From Candidatus Poribacteria bacterium (GTDB lineage Bacteria > Poribacteria > WGA-4E > WGA-3G), in contig CAXXLX010000001.1 of NCBI GenBank assembly GCA_963665235.2, positions 2,592,001 through 2,656,000 of the forward strand: a stretch of DNA of 64,000 nt, read 5' to 3'. The notes beneath the pieces are model-generated. The model did not search any database, was not told where the DNA came from, and saw nothing but the letters and a program-made list of their open reading frames with translations. Shown here one piece after another: positions 8,586 to 19,072 of this stretch. Each line of letters opens with the position of its first letter. Within the stretch, counting starts at the first letter, position 1. The translations under genes were made by a program, and so were the position numbers.

Positions 8586-10300
8586 CTAATCGTCCCTTTG
8601 CGCCGCGGAGGACGATTGCTCAAGATGGGCTTGATAGAGTCGATTCTTGAAATCCGCATTGATTTCAGATTTTGACAATTTATTGTAAAGTTCCAGCTTG
8701 TTATTGACAAAATCCAATAAAATATCATCAACTACTTGTTCAAACTTATACCGTTTGTTGGTTTCCGCTGAAACGCTGCTTGGAGCTGTTCTGGTTCATT
8801 CACGAAGTCAAGCACTAGCGTATCGGTTTTACCAGTAGCGACACGGTTCAGACGGCTCAAGGTTTGGACACATTGTAACCCATCCAATCGCTTATCAACG
8901 TACATCGTCTGCAGCAGCGGCTCATCGAAACCTGTCTGGAACTTGTTCGCGACAATCAGAATCCGATATTCAGGACTCTTGAAACTGTCCTCGACGGAAG
9001 TGCTCGGCGGCAACAGATTCATCCCGCTTTCCGTGTATTCCTGCCCGTTATCGGTGTCTTGCACTGTGTTGCTGAACGCTACCAAACACCCGTAGGGAAG
9101 TCCCATCTCCTTCATCTGCCGATCAAACTCCTGCTTGTATCTGACGCAGTGCAGTCGGGAGGGTGTAACCAACATCGCTCGTCCCTTCCCTTCAATCGTT
9201 TTTGCCGTGTGTTCGGTGAAGTGTTCAAGGATAATCCGGGTTTTGGTCTCAATACTATGGGGTTGCAGGTCAACGTAATTGGTCAGTGCTCGAAGCGTTC
9301 GCGCCTTCTCGTACTCTCTATCCTCCTGTGCACTTTTAACCAATTGGAAGTATCTCTTAAAGGTGGTATAGTTCTGCAGCACGTCCAGTGTGAAACCTTC
9401 GCTGATACTTTGGCGCATGGAATAGACATGAAACGGGACAAATTTTCCTTCTGCGTCCTTCTGTCCAAAGAGTTCTAAGGTCTTGTTTTTCGGGGTGCCG
9501 CTGAAACCGAAATAGGAGATATGCTCTTGCATTCTGCGTTGTTCCATCTGTTCAAGGATTTTAGCGTCTATATCCGATACTTCATCGGCATCATGTTCCG
9601 TTTCCCCCTCTTCTATCCCCTTTGAGAGTGAAGCCCTGAGATTTCTCTCCGACTCCCCGCTCTGTGAGGAGTGCGCTTCGTCAATAATCACGGCGAAGGT
9701 CTTGCTTTTGAGTTTGCCTATCTCCTCGGCAATCACGCTGAACTTCTGAATCGTTGAGATGATGATGTCTTTGCCGGATTCGAGGAAACCTCTGAGTTGC
9801 GCTGAGGTCTTATCAACGGCATGGACTACCCCCTCGACCTGTGCTACCTGCTTGATTGTGTTCTGCAGCTGCTTGTCAAGGACGCGCCGGTCTGTTACGA
9901 CAATAATGGAGTCAAAGATGCGATTGGTATCGCTCTCCGACCGATACAGATGCGTGAGTAGGTGCGCCAACCACGCGATGGAGTTCGACTTCCCACTCCC
10001 TGTGGTGTGTTGGATGAGATATTTATGTCCAACCCCCTCTTTCTCGATAGCCGCTTGCAATTGACGAATCACATCCAGCTGATGATACCGTGGAAAAATA
10101 AGGACGCGGCGTTTCTCATCTGTCACAATTTTACTTCACGATTCTTTCCATTCAACAAAGGTATTGAAAACCCTCCAAACCCGCATGGGCACAAGACCGC
10201 CTACCTTTGGGAAGACATCCTGCAGCCCGATAATCTGATGACGTTAATCAACAACTTTATCTACGAGCAGGAAACCACAGAAAAGGTTTACAATCTGACA
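8586..10300 (-). pseudogene. hsdR: Type I restriction subunit HsdR remnant (N-terminus lost, internal inversion, large C-terminal deletion)
   Basis: 8732..10126 carries IFPRYHQL, HTTGSGKS, IIDEAHSSQ, FSGTPK, QTGFDEP, QTLSRLNR. A C-terminal-like piece (ETNKRYKFEQVVDDILLDFV..) lies in another frame ending at 8586. The upstream piece is on the + strand at ~10126-10300. Confidence 0.85.
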
Positions 10301-10304
10301 AGTA

Positions 10305-10419
10305 CAGGACTTACGCAGCGCGTTGATAAAGTCCATAGATAATAGGATTTAGAGAGAGATCTAGCGGGCGAGGGGACCTCGCCCCTACGAGGATATCGCC
10401 TAAATTTGCGTAAACCCTG
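10305..10419. mobile_element. MITE with TIR CAGGACTTACGCA and an internal GTAG-type palindrome
   Basis: Reverse-complement homologue of 22212-22322. Confidence 0.8.
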
Positions 10420-10427
10420 GCAAACAA

Positions 10428-10649
10428 TTAATTTTGGGGGTTGGGTGTTTCTGGTTTAGGTGCTTCTGGTTTGGGTGTTTCTGGTGTAACAACTGGTCTA
10501 TCGTCAGGCTTAGTCTCTGGTTGAACTGGCTTAGGTTCAATAGGAGTTACAGGCCTAACTTTAGCGGGTGGTTTGGGACCTGTCCAAGACTCCACATGTT
10601 TTGGCTTTTTTGGCTTAGCAGACCGATTTTGACTATTTTTGCGTGCCAT
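10428..10649 (-). CDS. Small basic Pro-rich protein (PETPKP repeats)
   Basis: ATG at 10649 preceded by GGAGG, immediately after the stop of the interrupted membrane gene. Confidence 0.5.
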   Translation of the reverse strand: MARKNSQNRSAKPKKPKHVESWTGPKPPAKVRPVTPIEPKPVQPETKPDDRPVVTPETPKPEAPKPETPNPQN

Positions 10650-10650
10650 T

Positions 10651-11227
10651 TTATTCACCTCCTTTTACCTCTAAAATACCAAATATCATTAATAGTGCAA
10701 TTGCCAATATCCCTACAATAAATAAAATTATAGAAGTGACAATTAGAAATGTACCTATTTTATTTGCTGTACTCCTCTTAGTGGCTGCTTCCTCTATATT
10801 ATACCATTTCTAATTGAAAATGTCTCTTTCTTGTAGCATAAACTTCCAGTTTGTGCCGTTCTCCGTTTCATTTCTAACAACTGGTAATGGTAGAATAATT
10901 AATAAAAATGGTATTATATAGGTAATATTGTTCGTTAAATTCCCTCTGTTTATGTAAAGCCCTTTGGATAAACAAATAGGAAATTACACCCAGGATAATG
11001 GAAAAAACAAATGGCGCATAACTAATTAGCATGATCCATGTTCTATGATTAATGTCCCAATTGATATACGCAGTCAATAGTATCAATATAACGCCAGAAA
11101 AATATCTCATAGACTTATTGAGTTCCACATCGTTACTCATCAGGCTATCAAATATAGTTTTTTCTTCAGCGAGATATTGTGCGTACCTTTCTTTTTGCAA
11201 TTCTTCTTCATTTGACATAATATACAC
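10651..11227 (-). pseudogene. Low-GC ~3-TM membrane protein interrupted by a MITE
   Basis: Removing 10802-10913 and one TTA restores ..EQYYLYNIEEAATKRSTANKIGTFLIVTSIILFIVGILAIALLMIFGILEVKGGE*. Confidence 0.75.
10802..10913. mobile_element. MITE (TIR TACCATTT/AAATGGTA, 3-bp TTA duplication) carrying one REP-like palindrome
   Basis: Same ends at 48487-48902 and 61637-61785; TTA on both sides. Confidence 0.85.
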
Positions 11228-11593
11228 CGATTTCTGTTGATTACATCAACATTAACAGTATAATCAGTATTGGCAAAGTCCTGAAACTACCCCCTTAAAT
11301 CATACTACATTCCAGAAACTTTGTCATAAAATCCACTGAGCCTCCGGCAGTCACAATTTTGCGAATACGGTCGGGTTACCGAAAAACTCGACAGCAAACG
11401 ATCTTAGCGTCCCTAAAACCGATTACTTGCCAAGCAGAAAATTGTCGGCACGCTCACAGGGAGAAATTGTTCAACCCTGCCTCTTTTCTAACCGTAGAGG
11501 CAGGATTGGCAAAGTTTCCAAAGCTACGTCTTAATTATACCACATTCCAGAAACTTTATCAAATTAAAATTAACTGAATATTTGGAAAAGAAC

Positions 11594-11622
11594 TTGACTT
11601 ATCTTGGGTTAAATGTTATAAT
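11594..11622 (+). promoter_or_regulatory. Sigma70-type promoter
   Basis: TTGACT-17-TATAAT with extended -10 TG. Confidence 0.75.
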
Positions 11623-11627
11623 ATTAT

Positions 11628-12101
11628 CAAGTCTTCCGCTACAAAACCCCCGTGCTTTAGCTGGGGGATGTAGTAGCGGCGCATGAGCTAAAATTTTAAT
11701 TTGACTTTTGCATTAAAATGTGGTATAATATATATATCATCAGTGGTTCGGATTACCACCTTCAACGCCACCAATGTTGAAGTTCCGAACCTCAACCTAT
11801 GGTAGGGTTGTGTGCTGATGTTCTGGCGATACCCAGTCAATATCCACATTTTTGTGCAATGCTTTCGGTATCCAAAAGACGGGTCATGCTGCATTGGATA
11901 CCAAAGCACTGATTCACAAGCATAAAGAAGGTGCGAAGCACGAGGGCAGGGCATTGTCCTTTGAGTTAGGGGCAGTAAGACTTGGAACAGCCCAAGCATC
12001 TCCGTTGACGTTCACACGTCTGAAAACCACAATCCAATAGCTAACGCGTAGCGGAACTTTTTAAAAGAATCTCCCTTGCTTTAGCTGGGAGAGTATGTCA
12101 A
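11628..12101 (+). mobile_element. Non-autonomous IS200/IS605-family element with internal promoter and structured non-coding cargo
   Basis: Subterminal hairpins CCCCCGTGCTTTAGCTGGGGG and CTCCCTTGCTTTAGCTGGGAG; right end ..TATGTCAA; inserted after TTAT with no duplication; internal TTGACT-17-TATAAT at 11701-11729; no credible ORF. Confidence 0.75.
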
Positions 12102-12153
12102 TGTGCAGGACTGAACCCTCCCTCGGTGGGGGATGTAGGCCCTGCTTTTTTTT
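12102..12153 (+). ncRNA. Candidate small hairpin RNA convergent with the DUF3800 gene (may also be a terminator)
   Basis: GCAGG...CCTGC plus T8; becomes contiguous with promoter 11594-11622 once the IS element is removed. Confidence 0.45.
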
Positions 12154-12167
12154 ATGCTATTTTTTAT

Positions 12168-12815
12168 TCAGGAAGTTGGTCGTATAATTCCTTCAGATAT
12201 TGGTTCTAACAAATTAAATGCCTGGTCGAGACCATACTTCGTTTTAGAAGCGATCGGACGTTCTTGACGAAGCAACGCATAAGCGCAAAAATCAGACAAC
12301 TGAATGAAATATGACTGATCGGATTTCTTAAAAAACGGATCTTCAATAATACGATCAATTGCACCATTTTTTGAAGTTTGCATGCGTCTAACTAATCTTG
12401 TATAGATAGCATCTTTTCCTTCATCACAGATTAAGATCGCATGACTATTCCACCTTTGTAAAGTCCGATTGATATCCTCGAGTAAAGCTGCATAAGCGTG
12501 CTTGCTCGCTTTAGCTGGGAACACGCTGCTAAAAAGTCGTGTTTCTGGCAAGGTTGCCACCATTTGAAGTGTCTGTTTGAAAATTTGGCATCGCCGCCCT
12601 TTGGGAACTACGCCATCAGCAATTCTTCCGCGCCCTGAAACAAATTTCCACGCATGGAATTCAGTGTAAACAGAGATGCTGTCACTCGTCTGTATATCGT
12701 GACGAAAGTCTTTTATTTTCTTAAGACAAGAGTTCCATTTATCATCACGAATCGTTAAGGCTGAAAATATACATAGTTTCTCATCTCCAGAGTCGTCAAT
12801 GTAAATTAGGTGCAT
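12168..12815 (-). CDS. DUF3800-family protein (RNase H-like fold)
   Basis: LIYIDDSG, EFHA, LICDEG, F.KS..SYFIQLSDFCAY motifs. Confidence 0.85.
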   Translation of the reverse strand: MHLIYIDDSGDEKLCIFSALTIRDDKWNSCLKKIKDFRHDIQTSDSISVYTEFHAWKFVSGRGRIADGVVPKGRRCQIFKQTLQMVATLPETRLFSSVFPAKASKHAYAALLEDINRTLQRWNSHAILICDEGKDAIYTRLVRRMQTSKNGAIDRIIEDPFFKKSDQSYFIQLSDFCAYALLRQERPIASKTKYGLDQAFNLLEPISEGIIRPTS

Positions 12816-12842
12816 CCTGTCTCCTATGTAAAATACATATCT

Positions 12843-13015
12843 AACGCGGGCTTGATAATAAATGTCCGTTTGTGCTAGCCTCTATAAACATATCGTCCTT
12901 GAGGAGCGGGAAACCGTTTGCCCGAATACTGGGACTAAGAGGCGGTGGGGAGACGGCTGCTTCTATAAACATATCGTCCCTACGGGACTAAAGAAACTTT
13001 TTTCAAACTCACGTT
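12843..13015. mobile_element. MITE with TIR ~AACGTGAG(C/T)TTGA carrying REP-like palindromes
   Basis: Shared ends (GCTTGATAATAAAT..; AAACTTTTTTCAAACTC) with 21910-22123 and 46463-46616. Confidence 0.65.
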
Positions 13016-13065
13016 ATCTAACACAATTATATTTCTATCACCACGTGTAACGCGTCGACTGCCAG

Positions 13066-13155
13066 CTAGTCGAAAAGGGTAGTTAATGGTGCAAACTGTA
13101 GAGGCCCCGTATCTTGCCATGATTTGAAATTTTGTGCTCTGAGTTCGGTAATCAT
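13066..13155 (-). pseudogene. N-terminal stub of an AAA/ABC-type ATPase
   Basis: MITELRAQNFKSWQDTGPLQFAPLTTLFD*, which stops just before the expected Walker A; starts 12 nt after hsdM. Confidence 0.65.
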
Positions 13156-13167
13156 AATTTATCCCTT

Positions 13168-14895
13168 TTATAAACCCAACACCTCATTCAGCAAACCTGC
13201 ACTTCTCCGTTCCAATGCCAATATTTCATCGGCAATCTCCTTCAGTGAGCGCAGCGGCGTGTACTGATAGAAATACCGATTGAAGTTAATCTCGTACCCT
13301 ACCTTATCCCTCTTCCTATCTATCCAACTGTCGGGCACATGCGGTTTCACTTCTCGCTGGTAGGAAGCGTCAACATCCTCTGTGATGGGCACCCGTTCAT
13401 AGTCTCGCAGCTTGGTATCCGGTTTCGGATTGCCCTGTTTGTCCGTGACGATATCCCCTGTCTCCGCGTCAATGAGCGGTCTCTCAACCGTTACCTTTGT
13501 ATAACCGAAAAAGTCGTTTGGATAAATTTTTGAGTGTTCGGTCTCCTCAAAGTTGGTGTAGAGTTGTATCAGCTGACGGATATGGTTATCGGAAACGAGA
13601 ACGTTCTTGTCTCCGAGGTTTCTTTTCAGCTCGTCGCGGAAGTCAACGGCGTTGATGAGTTGGACCTTCCCTTGTCGTGCCTCCGATTTTTTGTTCGTTA
13701 GTATCCAGATATAGGTGGCAATATTGGTGTTAAAGAACAGCTTTTCAGGCAGTGCGATAATACACTCCAACCAGTCGTTCTCGATGATCCAACGTCGGAT
13801 TTCACTTTCACCGCTGCCGGCATCCCCTGTAAAGAGCGGTGACCCGTTAAAGACGATTCCAATCCGACTCCCGCGGGCCTCCATTTTGGAGAGCATGTGT
13901 TGCAAGAACAGCAATGCGCCATCGGAGGAGCGAGGCGTGCCTGCTGAGAATCTGCCGGTAGCGGTTTGCGCTTCTGCCTTCACCGCAGGTTCGTCAGATT
14001 TCCAACTGACACCGAAGGGCGGATTCGTAATCATATAATCGAACCGTTCTCCTCGGAATTGGTCCTCGGAGAGACTGGAGCCGTGTCGTATATTGTTGGG
14101 CTCCTCTCCGGTAATGAGCATATCCGACTTACAGATAGCGTAGGTCTGCGCGTTCAGTTCCTGACCCAACAACCGAATGTCAGCATTCGGATTAATCTGC
14201 TCACGGAAGTACTCCTTCCCAACGGTCAACATGCCGCCTGTCCCGCAGCAGGGATCAAAGATACTGCGGACGACCCCTTTTCCGTGCAGGTCTTCGTGAT
14301 GTTCCGCAAATAGCAGTGAGACCAATAATCGCACGACATCCCGCGGCGTGTAGTGTTCTCCGCTGGTCTCGTTGGACATTTCCGAGAATCGGCGGAGCAG
14401 CTCTTCAAAGACCGAGCCCATCGTGTGGTTATCCACCTTATCGGGATGTAAATCGATTTCGGTAAATTTATCGCAAAAGATGAACAGTCGGTTGTTTTTG
14501 TCCAGTCGCTCAATAAACCCATCGAGATTGAAGTTTTCGATGATGTCGCGCACGTCTTGACTGAATCCGCCGATGTAGTTTTCAAAGTTGAGGTGGATAT
14601 TGTTTGCATCTTCTTTCAGTCGGGAGAGGTCGTATTGTGAGATGTTGTAGAAATTAGTTTTTGTCTCTTTTAGAATAATCCGAGGTAGCATTTCTTCGGA
14701 CACTTTATCCTTAAACTCGTTATAGGTATGAATGGCTTTCTCTTTTCGTCCATCCTCGTCTAGGAGACAGTCTAATCGGCGTAACACCAGAAACGGAAGG
14801 GTGATGTCGCCGTATTCGTGTGGTTTGAACAGTCCTCTGAGCACATCATCCGCCACGTTCCAAACCAGATTTGCCAGTTCTTGATAATTTGCCAT
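13168..14895 (-). CDS. hsdM: Type I restriction-modification N6-adenine methyltransferase subunit
   Basis: GEHYTPRDVV, DPCCGTGGML, GQELN, NPPFG motifs. Confidence 0.95.
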   Translation of the reverse strand: MANYQELANLVWNVADDVLRGLFKPHEYGDITLPFLVLRRLDCLLDEDGRKEKAIHTYNEFKDKVSEEMLPRIILKETKTNFYNISQYDLSRLKEDANNIHLNFENYIGGFSQDVRDIIENFNLDGFIERLDKNNRLFIFCDKFTEIDLHPDKVDNHTMGSVFEELLRRFSEMSNETSGEHYTPRDVVRLLVSLLFAEHHEDLHGKGVVRSIFDPCCGTGGMLTVGKEYFREQINPNADIRLLGQELNAQTYAICKSDMLITGEEPNNIRHGSSLSEDQFRGERFDYMITNPPFGVSWKSDEPAVKAEAQTATGRFSAGTPRSSDGALLFLQHMLSKMEARGSRIGIVFNGSPLFTGDAGSGESEIRRWIIENDWLECIIALPEKLFFNTNIATYIWILTNKKSEARQGKVQLINAVDFRDELKRNLGDKNVLVSDNHIRQLIQLYTNFEETEHSKIYPNDFFGYTKVTVERPLIDAETGDIVTDKQGNPKPDTKLRDYERVPITEDVDASYQREVKPHVPDSWIDRKRDKVGYEINFNRYFYQYTPLRSLKEIADEILALERRSAGLLNEVLGL

Positions 14896-15104
14896 GCGTT
14901 TCCTTCTCTTTGTAGTCCTATCAATAGGTAAAAATAATAGCAGATTTCAGCCAAAACATTCAAACGGGTGGAGCCATTCAATCCGCAATTTAGACAATTC
15001 CCATTATAACACAAAGTTTCGCAAAAGTCAAATGAAAAATCAATACCTTTGCACCTTTGCAAAAAAATAGTTGACGAAATAGTGGATATATATTAAAATG
15101 GGGG

Positions 15105-15533
15105 GTGAGTACAAATAAACTATCAAATAACGTTCAACAGTTATCACCGGCGGAATTGGACGAATTCACGCAGAAGTTCACCGAATGGCAACATCAACGC
15201 GAAACGTCAATAGACGAGAAGGTCGATAAGGATGCATCGGATGCCGAAGTGTTGGCATTCATTCGGAAAAATTCCCAATTGCCTGAAAAAGAGAATAGAC
15301 GCTATTGGGAACTCCGCCGCATGTCTGACGATGAAACTTTAAGCGATGAAGACCTGCCAGAATACCGCGAACTAGTACGCTGCTTGACAGTTATGACCGC
15401 CAAACGGCTTGAGGCACTCGCTATCTTAGTGCAACGTTGGGAAAAACCTGTCGAAGATATCATGGCAGAATTGGGACTTGTTATCTCCCACTTTGACGAA
15501 CTCGGACTGGCAGAGCCACAGTTGAGGCGTTAA
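15105..15533 (+). CDS. Hypothetical helical protein, antitoxin-like
   Basis: Acidic 142-aa ORF ending KRLEALAILVQRWEKPVEDIMAELGL; no toxin partner adjacent. Confidence 0.55.
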   Translation: MSTNKLSNNVQQLSPAELDEFTQKFTEWQHQRETSIDEKVDKDASDAEVLAFIRKNSQLPEKENRRYWELRRMSDDETLSDEDLPEYRELVRCLTVMTAKRLEALAILVQRWEKPVEDIMAELGLVISHFDELGLAEPQLRR

Positions 15534-15650
15534 AAAAATATCCAAACGAAATTGACAGCTTTAACGAGTTGTGCTAAATGACTTTTTGTACAACATTATT
15601 TCACACGAACAGAACGTTTTGCCCGTGTTTCTCATTGGTTTGGACAATCT

Positions 15651-15725
15651 TCAGTCCCGTAGGGACGATATATTTATAGCTAAACGTTCCACCTTTCTCT
15701 TTAGTCCCGTAGGGACGATATGTTT
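15651..15725. repeat. Two copies of REP-like TAGTCCCGTAGGGACGATATGTTT
   Basis: Same family at ~6160-6235, 12880-12990, 51180-51255, 51652-51728 and 55581-55660. Confidence 0.75.
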
Positions 15726-15815
15726 GTCCGACAACATCCAATATCTGTGAGAAAAACAAAAACAATCAGTTAACTGGCACAAGTCGTAGCTTTAACAACA
15801 ATTGAGTACTGTGTT

Positions 15816-16579
15816 ATGAAAATTCAGTTTTTAGCCCATCGTGGTGGAATGGGGCGCGCCCCCGAAAATACAGTCGCCGCCTTTCAGCAAGCTCTGGCAG
15901 ATGGCGCGGATGGATATGAATGTGATGTCTGCCTCACCCAAGACAAACAACCCGTACTAATCCATGTCGACTTCAACCGAGACGATATTCGAGAAGCCAC
16001 CGGATGCACAGTACCCCTCAGCGAGCTCACGTGGAAAGAGGTACAGCAGCTCACAATGGAAACCTCTGACGAACCCGTGGCACACCTCGACGACGCACTC
16101 CGATTTACACGAGAAAACCGGATGCCGTGTTTTGTTGAACCGAAGTCCGACACGCCGGAACTGCTTTCGTGCATTATAGAACGCATTCAGCACTTTGAGG
16201 TGGCGCATCTTGTTAGCATACTCACGTTTTACTACCGGAAACATCTGCTTATAGCAACGAAAACTTTAGAGCCGAAGCTACAGACCAGCGCAATTCTCAT
16301 CAACCCGATGGCGAACTTCCTTAAAGCCGCCACTGCTATTGATGCAGACCGAATTATCTTGGGCTGGAGTGGCATAAATCACTTCAAACTCTATAATGCC
16401 CTCACGCGCACCGTAACCTCGCGCGTTAAACAACTCCAAACAATTCAGGTTATTGTGGAAGCTGGGTTTATTTTGACAGCCAAGGATGTCGCCTGGGCAG
16501 TGAAAAATGGCATCCAAGGGTTGTGGGTAGATGATGTGCCTTACATCAAACGTTGTGTTCAAGATATTGAAGAGAAAGC

Positions 16580-16583
<4 letters not shown>
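15816..16583 (+). CDS. Glycerophosphodiester phosphodiesterase family protein
   Basis: AHRGG..APENT..AF..A...GADGYECDV.LT.D..PVLIH. Confidence 0.88.
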
Positions 16584-18996
<2,413 letters not shown>

Positions 18997-19072
18997 TGTT
19001 AGTTGGGGACAGCAGTATTGTGCTATCAGCACTCCCGCTGGCTAGGCGTTTTACCACACAATGTGTTTCGCC

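Noticed and set aside
11688-12040. ORFs inside the IS605-like element as tnpA/tnpB fragments
   Set aside because: No HUH, RuvC or zinc-finger motifs; the same holds for 29298..29495.
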